From Diplonema japonicum (taxonomy: Eukaryota; Protista; Euglenozoa: Diplonemea), in assembly GCA_964019335.1 (NCBI GenBank), contig OZ025663.1:124001-188000 (forward strand): 64,000 nt of DNA, written 5' to 3'. The notes beneath the pieces were generated by a model that made no database searches, was not told where the DNA came from, and was given only the letters and a program-made list of their open reading frames with translations. This document shows positions 8,609 through 20,913 of the stretch, piece after piece. Positions within the stretch are counted from its first letter, which is position 1; the number at the start of each line of letters is the position of its first letter. A program made the translations under genes and the position numbers.

Positions 8609-10883
8609 TTTGTTTTAAATACACACACAGCCGCCATGACGACAACCCTCGTGCGTCTTGGCCCGCATGCGACCACTGCGGAATGCAGTTCCTATACTTA
8701 CCCGAAAGGCAACGCCACGTCGACCTTATGCACAGCGCAGAGACAGAAGACATACGGGTAAGAAAACAAAAAAAACAAAAAACAACCCCCCCCCCCCCAC
8801 AGAACCTCCAAGAAGCGCTAAAACGTCCTCTCAAAAGCCCAAGCGACAAGGAGAGAATAGTTGCAAAGTGGACGAGATATCTGGTATTTTTTTTTTTTTA
8901 TTATTTTATTTAATTCGAGCCGGGTTTTCAAGGGTGGGAGTGAAAATAATATTTCACTTTATATCACGCTCAACATTATATTCACTCTCAGCTTATAGAG
9001 AAATAAGGCCCAGGAGTGATATAATGTTACATTATGTCACTCCTGCACCTATTTTAAGCCAAACTCCCTAGAAACACAGAAAACTATGGGAAGAAAGCCT
9101 AAGGCGGGGAGGATTACACGTCTCGGGGGTGCTAGTCAGTCTGCTCAACCCATCCCAGAATCAAGATTCTGCAGTGGGCCCCCGCATCCACCATACATGC
9201 TCAGATGGTTCCAGCGGTAGCGATGCACAGGATAAGCCTCGACATCAACATTAATGTTAAGACTAACGAGGACTGGTAACTTGAAATCCCCTTGTAGCTT
9301 GTAGTACCCAACCTTTTTTTGCTGCCTCTCAGTTTTGATTTCTTCTGGTAACCTGTGCCCTGCGCCTGTAACCTCCCACCCTTTCAAACCCGGCTCTTAT
9401 TAAATAAACAACATATTAAATGAAAATAAGTGCATTATTTCACTTGTGGTGGCGGGTTTAACTCGAAATTATTACTACACTCGCTTCGCTCGTCAAGTAA
9501 GATCCTCTCTCGTTAAACCCCCTGCCACCACGCGTGAAATAATGCAATCTTATTTTCATTTAATAAATAGTTATTTTTAAAAAACACATCGTAACACAGA
9601 ACGACCATGTCAAGACGCGGATGGACACGCAGGAGACTTACAACACAAAACTGCAAGCAGTGGAGCAGGTTGAGGTCCTCCTCCGCATGCTGTTCCCCGA
9701 GGCACAGGTGTACCTCTTCGGCTCGACGGTGTCAGGCGCCAGCGAGAAGGGAAGCGATGTCGACCTTGCCGTGAAGCTAGTGTCAGACCACAGCAAACAG
9801 CTACTCATAGACGATGTGCAAGTAATCGACAGCATGTGGGCGTTGTTCACAAGGGACAAGCTGGACCTACCATGGTACCATGGTGCACCAGGCCAAGTCT
9901 CGGACACAGGACTTAAAAAAGTAACAAAAACACGTGTTCCCATCATGGGCAACACACCACCAGCTGGGATCCTACCCCTGCGACACGGTGAAGAAGACGA
10001 TATCAGAGCAAGAACAGTGACATGGACCGCAAAACCAGATCACACTCTGAAACTGGACAAAATTAAAAAAACAATTCACAATTTCGACGCTCATGCGAAG
10101 TACGACATTATATCTGCAGATGAAAACAAGGTTATCATCACATTTGAGCTTCAAAAGCTTGCGTTGGCGGTTAAGATGAAGGACCCGAAGGCAGCGCTCT
10201 GCGGGGTTCCGAACGTGTTTAGAATGCAGTGGGACCTTTCCTTGAAATTCTTCGGGGTTCGAAACTCAGCGCTTATTAAGAAGTACCTCATACAACCAGA
10301 ACATCGCCTAGTTGCCGTCGCCGTGAAAATCTGGAGCAGAAAATCCGGAATAAACGACCCAAGAGCAGGGCTCCTCTCCTCCTACGCAATTGTCATAATG
10401 TACGTGTATTACCTTCTGTGCACGTCACAAGTTGACTGGATCGATCCCAATTCTATTAATTTAAGTGAAGTCAGGGCAAGACCGAGTTTCAAAGCGCGGA
10501 AGGAACGGCCAGACGCTGCCATTGGTAATATATTATATGGGTTTTTCCAATTCTACGCGTCGTTCGGCTGGGACCACTGTGTTATTTCCTTGAACACCGA
10601 CCCGCGTTCCCAGCCGGTCACCAAGAAATCCATGCATTGGGTGACGAAGAACGAGGTGATTGTTGACAGAGCTAATTCGGTGAGATTCCATGTGTGTATT
10701 GAGGACCCGTATGAGCAGGCAGAGGCAGCGTTTGTCGGTCCCGGGAAGCTGAACCTTGGAAGGAAAGTTACGTTGATAAGAGCCCTGCGCGTCCGTCAAG
10801 CGTTTATTCAAGCGTATGAGACTTGCTTCACTAACCCTGATGCGTCTCCCGAGGATTTGTTTGCAATCATGGTGCGGTTTTAG
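7970..10883 (+). CDS. Zinc-finger terminal uridylyltransferase, kinetoplastid RET1/TUT3-like; exons 7970-8314, 8367-8464, (optional 8516-8536), 8631-8757, 8803-8883, 9600-10883
   Basis: FGS..SDVDL signature, third Asp in WDLS..FGVRNS after an inserted middle domain, GLLSSYA, and CIEDPYE..NLGR. Upstream exons encode CPAC..CPAC and a C2H2 finger (CDHC..H..H). All junctions are GT-AG and in frame (KWTRYL|NDHVKTRMDTQ). Confidence 0.85.
8514..8553. repeat. Dispersed 40-bp stem-loop repeat, copy 1 (intronic)
   Basis: AGGCGTCCTGCCACATACCGCAGGTACCCTTAAATGTCTC is identical to 29737-29776, and its core also occurs at 44874-44897. Confidence 0.9.
8906..9407. mobile_element. Non-autonomous inverted-repeat (MITE-like) element in the TUTase intron
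   Basis: 35-bp terminal inverted repeats 8906-8940 and 9373-9407 (31/35 identical), each containing TTAA near its outer end. Subterminal repeats are present and there is no intact transposase ORF. Confidence 0.8.
9414..9565. mobile_element. Palindromic foldback mini-element
   Basis: ~50-bp arms TATTAAATGAAAATAAG-TGCATTATTTCAC..GTGGTGGC.GGGTTTAAC and GTTAAACCC..GCCACCAC..GTGAAATAATGCA..CTTATTTTCATTTAATA surround a CACTCGCTTCGCTCGT centre. Confidence 0.8.
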
Positions 10884-11022
10884 AAAAATGGGGGGAGGGG
10901 GGTTTAAAAAAAAAGTGTTTTTTTTTTTTTTTTTTTTTTTTTAAATCGACCGACAAACACGCTCGCCGACAAGCAAAAAAAAAAAAAAATAATAATAATG
11001 TTCCTTGTCCAAATAATGGACC

Positions 11023-11056
<34 letters not shown>

Positions 11057-11843
11057 AGAAGAAAAAAAAAGAAGTGGGAAGCCACAGACCCCAATCGGGG
11101 GGTTTTTTTTTTTCCCTTTACAATTCCGTTTTTTTTTTTTTTTTTTTTTTTTTCTAAGCGTCGGGTTGGGTGGGAGGGTATGGGAAAGCGATGGCATAAT
11201 CCACACATAGGACTAATATCACATTATTGCCCGGTGTTAACAATCTCACGGCATTCCGCCTATTCTTTTTTTTAAGAAAAAAAAATTGTCACCCTTTTTT
11301 GTTTTGTTTTTTTGTTTTTACTTATAATATCAGATAAATTGTCAACTTTTTTTTGGGGGGCGAAAGAGAAGAGAGCGTCATACAAGTGTGCCTAAGAGAA
11401 GAAGAAAAAAAAATGGAAGGGGGGGTAGAATTGAATACAGGTTCACTTTTCAAGTCCTTTGTTTCTATTTTTTTTTAAAAAGACACCTTTTTTTTTTTTG
11501 TTTTATACTGTTTTACCCCCCTCATCCCTCCCCCATCTTTCGTTCGGGTATATTCATTGGGGGCAGGGACAAGAGAAAAAAAAAAGTTTTTTTTTCCCCT
11601 CCCCCATGTTTCCACAACTTGTTTTTTTTTTTTTCCTTTCGTGTGTACTTTTTTTTTTTTTTGCTATTTATTTATTTATTTATTATTTCTCTCTTTACTT
11701 ATTTTATCCTTCTTCCTCTTATTGTTTTTTTTACCCCCCCCTCCGTCCCCCCTTTTTCTTTGGTAGCTGGTATTCATTAAGCTGGTTCTATGAGGGAGGG
11801 GGAAGAGGGGGCTTTTGTGGCTTTCCTGCCCGTTCGCTGTCTC

Positions 11844-11880
<37 letters not shown>

Positions 11881-12736
11881 TATTATTTTTTTATCCTTCT
11901 CTCACCCGCGCTCCCCCTTTTCCCTTTGTACGAAATAGCTGTATACGTCTGCGCGGCCTCCCCCGGTTATGAAGGAAACTGGCGGTGCTAGCTTGGGGAA
12001 AAAAGAGAAAAAGAAAAATGAAGCGTATATAGTTATCTTAGGGCACAAAATAGAAGGGGAGTATCAAAGGGGGGAAAACAAATCAATTTACAAAAAAAAA
12101 AAGAAAAAAAAAAAAAAAAAGAGGGGTTTAAAAAAAAAATGGGAATGAGAAGAGGCGGAGAGTGAAGGGGAGTTTCTACTACTGCGAAAAAAAAAATTCT
12201 TTTTTTTAAGAAAAAAAAATCCAGGATGCTGCCCCATTTTTTTTTTTTAAATATTCGCGGACCCCAACAAAAGATGAAAGGGGAAGGCAATGGGAAACCT
12301 CTCAAGAAGATTAAGGCTCATTGCAAATTCTCTCTTCTGAGAATATGCATAGCAATATCCAAAGTCATGCGTAAGGGTAGTATCTTTTGATTCCTTTTTA
12401 TCCCCCCCTCTCATCTCCTCTCTGTTCTTTCTCTCTTTTTTTAAAAAAAGATTTTTTTTTTATATATAACGTAGCCCTTCCGCCCACCCCTCCATTCCTC
12501 TTTCGTTTCTCTATCTTTGTCTTTCTCTCTTTCCCCCCCCGTCCCCCTGTTATTTTTTTTTCTTGTCCCCCCCTCCCCTTCCTTTTTTTTTTATATTTTT
12601 TTTATAGGTGGGGTAGTTGCTAACAGTTCTCCCCTTGTGATTTTTTTTTCATTCTTCTATTTTTTTTTTTTAATTTATTATTACCGAGGGTGGGGGGAAA
12701 AAAAAAAACACATCCCCAAAGACAAAAAAAAAAAAA

Positions 12737-13660
12737 ATGCTCGACAATTTCCTGTTCCCGATACCACAAGTATCGTATGATTCACATTCCTTCCCAGGGA
12801 GACTGGTAATGGTGACTCTGGATGGGAAGAGCACTCGGGACAGTATACCAATGGTGGTGTTAAGGCCGAGCAGACCTGGGAAGGAAAGATTTGCTCTATT
12901 TTGCTGCCACGCCAACGCAAGCGACCTCGGCCACATGGAACTAGAAGGCAACCAACTCGCCGATCGGCTCAACTGCGTGGTCTTCATCATGGAATACCCA
13001 GGCTACGGAATCTGCAACGGAAAACCCTCTTTTAAATCCATTAACTCTGCTGCGTGGGCCTGTTTCCGAACAGTTGTCGACGTTCTAAAGGTTAAACCAG
13101 CTGACATCGTCCTGTTTGGAAGATCCATCGGCACTGGGGTCGCGTCACGAATTGCCTCAAGAACAGCGGTCAATGGAGAAAATGTTAGGGGTGTAATTCT
13201 CGTATCCCCTTACACATCAATATTAGATATTGTCAATGATCACGTTTCGTGTGCTGGCATTCTCTTCGCCCACCGGTGGCAGCCTGTCCTTGATTTACCT
13301 AAAGCAGACTCGCCAGTTCTTATACTTCACGGGGTACGGGACAACTTGATAAGAGTTGATCACAGTGAAAAGCTCTTGATGAAGCTCAAAGGCTACACCG
13401 ACCCCCCATTGGATACTTTCTTCAGGGTCCCTCCTGGCAGGGGTTGCTATCCGCATGATGTGTATACGCGTATCTCATCTGAGGCCGATCATAATCAATG
13501 GAATTATAATGAGGACATCCTCCTCCCTATGAAGAATTTTACTGACAGGCTCTTTGCCACGTCTCGGGCGATGGCTGTGATAGATTTAAACCCGCTTTTG
13601 AAGAGTACCCCCAAGCCCGTTAAACCTTTTTCCACGGTGACGTGTTCGTCATTTAGGTAG
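12737..13660 (+). CDS. ABHD17-like alpha/beta hydrolase (putative depalmitoylase)
   Basis: HANASDLG, EYPGYG, nucleophile elbow FGRSIGT, ILHG..D and ADHN give a Ser-Asp-His triad. Confidence 0.85.
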   Translation: MLDNFLFPIPQVSYDSHSFPGRLVMVTLDGKSTRDSIPMVVLRPSRPGKERFALFCCHANASDLGHMELEGNQLADRLNCVVFIMEYPGYGICNGKPSFKSINSAAWACFRTVVDVLKVKPADIVLFGRSIGTGVASRIASRTAVNGENVRGVILVSPYTSILDIVNDHVSCAGILFAHRWQPVLDLPKADSPVLILHGVRDNLIRVDHSEKLLMKLKGYTDPPLDTFFRVPPGRGCYPHDVYTRISSEADHNQWNYNEDILLPMKNFTDRLFATSRAMAVIDLNPLLKSTPKPVKPFSTVTCSSFR

Positions 13661-13864
13661 TGGAGCGGTGGAAAGGTTGGGAAGGTGTCTCTTCGCTAAC
13701 TTTAAAAGAAGAGAGGAAAAAAAAAAATAGAAGAAAAAAAAGAAGAAAAAAAAAGATATGGATTATTATTTGTTCAGGGTTGCTCCCTTCTCACCTAGCC
13801 CACCCCCCCCTTCCCAACAAGCAAAAAAGGAAAAAAAAAAGAAAGAAAAGAAAAACAACACCAC

Positions 13865-13865
<1 letters not shown>

Positions 13866-13897
<32 letters not shown>
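13866..13897 (+). repeat. (CAA)n microsatellite
   Basis: About 10 CAA units in intergenic DNA. Confidence 0.8.
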
Positions 13898-13898
<1 letters not shown>

Positions 13899-14056
13899 AC
13901 CTTATTTACGCGCACACTGTCCCACGGAGTGCTGTTGTTTCTCCTTTTCCCCTTCTTCCCCCCCTTTTTTGTTCTTTAATTTTCTTTCTTATTTCACTTG
14001 TGTATCCCCTGCTAGTTCGGTCTCAACACACGAAACAGGGGGAGGCCTACGGCAAG

Positions 14057-17000
14057 ATGCTGTGGGACACAGGGGGTACGGACCCCGATGCATCGATGCC
14101 TGCAATGCACATGCGGACGCAGATGGACATGCAGGAGCGGGAAAATAAAGGATTGCAAGAAGCCGTGAAACGAGCTGAGGAGAGATGTCTTTCATACGAG
14201 CACCAGTCTGCCGATCTGCAGCAACGGCTGTTGAAGGTAGAGGCAGAGAACAGCATGTTGCACGAGTCGCTTAGAGAAGCGCACCAGTTGCTGGAAGAAG
14301 CCCTCTCTGATGCGCCTCAGGTGGACATTAAGCTGCAGCAGATCAGACAAGGTGTGCGCAGCAACACTGACGAGATCCAGCAAATGTACCTAGCACTGAA
14401 GGAGTCGCAAACTAAATGCACTGAAGCAGAAGCGCACATCCGTGACCTCACGAGGGTCAAGGACCAGATGCAGCACGACCTGCAGTCCATGATTGTGCTC
14501 ACCACCGACACGCCTGCCGAGGTAGTGACGCCCTCTGCCATCAGGAACGCCCAGGCGTACATCAACTCGCTCCGCACTGCCCTGGCTACAACACGCTCGC
14601 AGCTTGCTGAGGCTAAACGCGACCAACAGCACACCCCAATGAGGCAGCCCGACACGCCCGACACAGACACATCGCTGCCCCCGCCCCCTACAGTGAGGCA
14701 CGTGTTCCCACAGGGCAAGATGCCCCCCGCACGCTTGCAGCACATCAGAAGCCTCGTCGATCCTGCGGAAATGAAGTCCATGCTAGAGGATCTCCTGCAG
14801 GAGCTAGCCAACGCACGTGAGGAGATTGCTGAAAACGAGATGAACCAAAGACTGCGCCGCGACGAGCCCCGCCACTCCCTAGAAGGGTCCAGCGTTGACA
14901 AGGAACTGATCGGCTCCTCGTGGGACGAGCTGCTCTCGTCTGATGAAAAGCTATCCAGGTACCGTGCCAAGCTGAGGCAAACCACAGCCGACCTGGCACT
15001 CGCGAAGGAGGAAATCAGAAAGCTGGCAAGCGAAAAGGACAGGATGCAGGTGACGCCCACGACTCTGGACCCCGAGTCATCGCCATACGTGCAGCAGATC
15101 ATGAGGGAGCTGGCTGAATACCGCCATGAAACAGCACGTCTGAAGGACGAGAAGGCACGACTCCTGACAGCGGTTAAGCAGGCATCGGCACAGAGGAAGG
15201 CACACGACATGCTGCGCAGGGACATCTCCGACACGTCAAGTGAAGTGTCTTACTACTCCGACTCATCCAACGAAGGGATGAAGCGGGGCAAGAGCCGTGG
15301 CGACGGCAATGAGGACTACCATACCTTGCGTGAGGAGCGTGACAAACTTGTGGACCAGCTCGTGTCAGCCAGGGCTGCTGCACAGGCTGCCGAGTTGCTA
15401 AAGCAGGATTCTCAAGATGAGAGGCGGGACCTGCTGGACAGGTTGGAAGAGGCACATGCACAGATCGCAGAGCTTCAGCAGCGAATTTACGACAAGCAGC
15501 GTGGCCCACCTAAAGTGGACATGGCCGTGTCGCCCATGTTGGAGTTTAAAATGACCCTCCCAATAGACGGGCTGGGGGCCCTTCCGGGGATGGAACAGGA
15601 AGGCCTTGATGTTGCGCCTGCTGTAGTCGAGGTAGATGTCGAAGAGGAAAAAGCGCAAGGGGTAGACGAGGTGGCTCTCGAGAGCCTCAGGCATGTGCTG
15701 AATCAGACGCAGCAGCTCCTTGAAAGGAGCGACCAGCAGCTGTTAGACGAGCGCGACAAGAATGCCCTTTACGCCGACCAGCTAGAGGAGATGCGCACCG
15801 CTTTGGAGAAGACCCTTAAAGAAGGATCGGAGCTGCAGCAGGAGCGTGATGCACTTGTTGTAGAGCGCGACCAGTGGGCACAGGCTGCACGAGATGCAGA
15901 CGACGCAAGACGGAAGCTCGTAGAGCACGTTGAGTTGCTGCAGACGGGGCCCCAGGGCATGTCCGACTCAGTGAAGACACCTGAGGTTGCTGACTTGCTG
16001 CGTGAGAAGGCAGAACTCCTCGTCCAAATAGACATCCTTAAAGAGCGCCTGGCCGACTCCATGGAGGAGCTCGAAGGGGCAAGGCGTGAGCTGGTCAGTT
16101 CTCTGGACGCGAGGAGCGAGCTCCAGCGAGAGCAGGTATGACACTGATCAGCGACTGCAACACACACACACACACAGGACAAGAACGCTGACATCATGAA
16201 CTCACTGCGCGAGGCAGAAGCTGCACGTGACAAGCTTGACCAAGAGATGCAGCAGATGCAGGAAGACGTATGCTTGGCAATTAAGATTTCAAAACATCAC
16301 AGGCGAAGCACCTGAACTATCAGTTGGACAACGCCAACCTGGTGAAGAAGTGCAGCGGTGAGCGTCTGGAGCAGATGAAGCGGGAAACTGACGAAATGAA
16401 GAGCGCCAACGACCAGTTGAAGCGTGAGCTCGAGGCGCAAATGAAAGAGATAGCCTTCCTGTGCGATACCCTTACAGAAACATCTGCGCAGTACGAGGAT
16501 TGTGCCCAGAGGCTCGAACAGGCGGATGCAGAGAGGAACAAACTTCTAGCGGAAAAGCACAAGGACCTGCAGAGGATTGAGGAGCTGTCAGGGAAGCTGA
16601 CGCAGGTACGCCTCCAGAACGACAAGGACGCAGTCGAGGAGAGGAAGCAGCTGCAGACAGAGCGCGAGTTCGACGCACTGATGCTTGCCGACAGGATGAA
16701 GGAGCTACAGGAGTGCAAGGACGAGATCAGCGAGGTGAAGGCACGTGCCACCAAGGCCATCAACGTGCTGAAAGCGTCTTTGCAGAACGCTCTACTGCAG
16801 ATGAAGACTTTGGGCGATGAGTTCGAAGTTGAGCGCTCAGAGCTGCAGGAGAAGCTCTACGCCCTTGACAGGCAGCACAGAGAGAAGCTAGCAGAAGTCG
16901 ACTCTCTCAAGTTGGAGCTCAACGCTCAGATTAAAAAGGACGGCACCGATAGACTGCGTGAGAGGGTGGCAGCTCTCTCGCAAGGGCTGCAAGACACTAA

Positions 17001-19631
17001 GGAGAGGTTCGCTGAGCAAACACAGGCCTATGAGAAGTGTAAGGTCGAGCTGCGCTCATGCAGAAAGCAGCTGAGTGAGAACGCAGACTTCAAGTCACTG
17101 TTCGAAGAAGCCAACGAAACGATGGAGAGGCTCACCAACAAGAATCAAGAGTTCAGCAACGAGAACAGACTGCTGCGCGAGCAGATGGAGCGCAAAGGAC
17201 ATGAAGTCGAGACCCGCATGAAATCTGAAGGTGACGAGACCACTCGTGCCCTCAGGGAGCAAATCGAGCACCTGCAAATAGAACTAAAAAGGGAGAAAGA
17301 TCTCCGCTTGCGACTGAGGGAACAGAACGACCGCATCAGGCTCGAGCAGGAAAAGTACGAGAAGGAGATGGGTACTCTTGTCAACGATCTGACACAACAG
17401 CTCGAAAAGAAGACTAAGGAGCTCAGCAACGTAGACCAGACATTCAAGAACCTTAAGAAGCAAGAGAGACTCCTGAGGGGCTCTGAGGAAACTGCTGCCT
17501 TGCAGCCACAGGGAGAGGAGGGGGTTATGCCTATCGGAAGTGACAACATGGAGGCCAGAATCAAGGCGCTTGAAGACGAGAGGAACCAGCATATCCAGGA
17601 CATCGAAGACTTGGCAGCGGAGCTGCAGTCACAGAGGGACACGTCGGAGGAGCTGATGGAGGACGTTACGAGCAACCTCAACCTGGCCAAGGCGGAAGCG
17701 GAGGACTTGATGCGCTCCCTGCGCAGGATCGACAACATAGCCACTTCCTACGCCCCGATGCCTCTACCTGTGCAACAGGTAGCCACCACAGAGGGTGAAG
17801 ATGAAGCAGCCGACGAGTCAGGGCGCGTGTCCATGGACAAGAGCTCCAGGAGGATGTCTATGAAGGAGCTGCCTGAGAGGGTCGTTGAGAATGTGAAGAT
17901 GGCACTCGAGAGCATGCAGGCCAAGGCAGAGGACAACGTAATGATATCCCGCGAGGAGCTGGGGCATGTTTCCGCAGAGTACGAGACCGCAAAGATCGAC
18001 CTCGCAGAGAGGATGAAGAAGGCAGAAGAACTGCGTTTCCAGGCACAAGACGAAGCGAACACACTGAGAGGCGAAATCAAGAAATACAGAGAGGACAACT
18101 CCGCACTGCGCGGCGACAACTTAAGGCTGACAGAGCTTTCCCAGAGCGGCGGCGCTCTGAAGAAGATTGTCGAAAAGCTGCAGCATGAACTGTCGGACGC
18201 TCTCGACGAACGCGACAGCTTGCTGCAGGAGATTGCTGACACCAAGCAAGGGAAGTCTAATGAAGTGACGTCGCTGCTCGAGGCCAACGAGATGGCGGGT
18301 GTTGCGATGGAGAAGATGCAGCGCGAGGTGGCCAACGCTAAGGCAGAGGTGGACAACTTGACAAGACAGAAGCTGACCACTGAGCAAGTTCTGGAAGGCC
18401 TGCAGAAGACGTTGAAGGATACGCAGAAGTCGCTTCAAGGTTCGGAGCAGACGGTGGCCGACGCACAGCAGGAGCGTGACGAAGCTATCACCGCAAAGGA
18501 CAGAGCCGTGAGGGACAAGACAGGAGCCGAGAACGCGATAGACGAGGTATAAGGGAAATAATGAAAACTATGAGACCCACGTTAGGTGCGCGAGGAGCTG
18601 CTGCAGACAAAGAGCGACTTTGCCCGCCTCCAAGCAGTCTGCCAGGTATGCCACTCAACACGCACATCAGCACCACAGGACCTTGACGGGCTCAACGCCA
18701 TGGTCGACGAGACACAGGACGAGCTCTTCCAAACCAAAGAAGCTCTCGCAGCGACACGCAACGAGCTTCACAGGTGACTAGAAATCCAAACAAACGCAAC
18801 AAACTACAACACAGACTGCGCTCCAGTAGAGACGGTGACATCGATGAGGCACTGAAGGTGGAACGGGAGAAGATGGATGTTACTCTGCGCGACCTGATGA
18901 GGGAGAAGGAGGAGGTGAACAGGAACTTCGCAGGCGCGGTGAAGGACAGAGAGAACATGGAGAGAGGCGTCTTGCAAGGAAAGGAGAAGACCAAAATCGA
19001 AGTGACGCAGATCGAGCAGGAGAGGCGCCACCTGGCGAGCTTGTTGGAGCAACAGCAACAGTTAGCTGATGAGAGGATGCAGGAGAACGACGACCTTAGA
19101 AAACAACTACTAATGTGCCAAGTGAAGAGCTTCGACGGTGGAGAAAAGAAGGAGCTGGAGGGGCTGAGGGAGGAGGTTGCAGGGTTGAAAATGGATGAAG
19201 AGAGGCTTGTGAGGGAAGTGCAAGGGTTAGTGGAAGAGAATGGTGCCCTGCGTGCCGAGTTGGCGACCAACAGAAGAGCTGGGGACGCAGACGGGCTCCA
19301 CTCACAACTGGCTGCCAACGCTGGTGATATCCATTCTTTGACGAGACAGCTAGCTAAAATGGAGGAAGAGCTAAGACTAGCCAAGGGCGAGGCAGGCAGC
19401 AAGGACGCCGAGTTGCAGTCCTTGAGGGACACACTCGAAGCTGCCAAGCAGCAGATGGCTGACCACATTGCCATTTGCGAGCACCTCCAAGCAGAGAACG
19501 CGCGGATGAAGGCGGAACTCCTCTCTACTAAAAAAGAACTTGAAGAAGGCCGTGAGCTCATGATGTCCCTTGTGGGTCCCATCGAAGGCGTGCAGCCGCG
19601 TGCCTCGTCGTACGCACCTAGCGAGTTGTGA
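14057..19631 (+). CDS. Very long coiled-coil protein (~1790 aa, cytoskeletal/centrosomal-like); introns 16136-16177, 16268-16302, 18547-18585, 18646-18678, 18774-18814
   Basis: E/L/Q/K/R-rich heptad sequence. Five short GT-AG introns (42, 35, 39, 33, 41 nt) join four listed ORFs in frame. The start codon is uncertain. Confidence 0.75.
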
Positions 19632-20069
19632 TTGTTATAGACCTGAAGGGGAAAAAACCTTTTCATGCTTGTTTTTCTTTTTCTTTTTTTATTGATGTAT
19701 TTCTTTTGTCCCCTTTTATAGATTTCTTTCTTTCCCCCCCCCCTTTTTTTTGCTGTTGTTATACTTTTGTTATTGTTATCCCCACAATGGGGAGGGACAA
19801 ATTTAAAAAAGGAGAAAAGAAGAATTAAAAAAAAAAAACTGTTTTATTGTTGTTAGATCCCTCCTCCCCACAGCCATGCTTCTCTTCAAACAGAAGACAA
19901 GGGGAGAAAAAAAAAAGAAGGGGGGGGGAAAAAAAAACACGTTTTAATGAAATTTCTTGTTAGAATTGGGGGGTTTTTTTATCCCGTTTTTATTGACCAT
20001 CCCCCCCCCAACAAAAATAAACCACCACATACCCTTCCCAGCAAACACGGGTGGGGGGGGGGGGGGGAA

Positions 20070-20777
20070 ATGCAAAAATTCAAATGGGCACAAGCGGGGT
20101 GCGCCACCCTAGTGACGAACAGCGCAGAGTTAATAAGCCGTCTGCCAAAAAACGAATATTTGAAATCAATACCCGTGAAGACGGTGATGATGCCCGAACT
20201 GAATCTGGAGATCAGATCAGGATGCGACCCAACACAAGAGGACATAAATAAAATCAACCGGTACAACGCAGGGTCTCTCCGTGCGGGTATGTTCTCTGGC
20301 GGCAAGCCGCTAGTTGGAATTGACGAGAGTGGAGGGGGAAAACGTGATGACGCCAAAATCGGTATAGCTGTGTACTGTAAACCAGGGGTGTATGTGAATC
20401 GGACTGTTGATGGGAAGATCGGCAACCATATCGCGGTCAGCGGCATAGCGCTGCAATGTGCGGAATATTTTATCGGCGTCGGGATTGTCCGTAGAGATGA
20501 GCATTGCTACGACCACCTCAACTCCACCTCTGTCGCTCATGTCAGGGCAATGTCCTGCCTCACCCACGCGATAGAGTCTCACCCCACGCCCCCTGTAGAC
20601 CCTTCTAACTTCTTCCTCTTAGTAGATGGCATCAGCCATGTCTCTTCTTGGATCGATTCTCAGGAACACTACCTTGGACACCCTGCGAAGCAAGTCGTAC
20701 GGGGTGACTCCGTCTATTACGAGATTGCCCTTGCGGGCAATGTTGCAAGGTTCGTGCGCAACACGCTCGTTTCTTAA
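20070..20777 (+). CDS. RNase HII-like protein A (acidic catalytic residues retained, C-terminal domain absent); 3' end uncertain
   Basis: PLVGIDESGGG, VDGK (DSK-like), LLVDG and VVRGDS..YEIALAGNVARFVRN follow the RNase HII motif order. Confidence 0.7.
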   Translation: MQKFKWAQAGCATLVTNSAELISRLPKNEYLKSIPVKTVMMPELNLEIRSGCDPTQEDINKINRYNAGSLRAGMFSGGKPLVGIDESGGGKRDDAKIGIAVYCKPGVYVNRTVDGKIGNHIAVSGIALQCAEYFIGVGIVRRDEHCYDHLNSTSVAHVRAMSCLTHAIESHPTPPVDPSNFFLLVDGISHVSSWIDSQEHYLGHPAKQVVRGDSVYYEIALAGNVARFVRNTLVS

Positions 20778-20913
20778 AACTGCAAAATCGGAGATGTGTT
20801 TTGCATAGATTGCTGGCGCTTCTCATTTTCCTTTCCCCCCCCCCCATCCCCTTTCATCGGACGACCCGCCAAAAAGAGGGGCGTTAAAAAAGAAAAGAAA
20901 AAAGATAGTAATA

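Noticed and set aside
9145-9387. 80-aa minus-strand ORF inside the TIR element as a transposase
   Set aside because: It has a non-ATG start within the TIR and no DDE or tyrosine-recombinase motifs.
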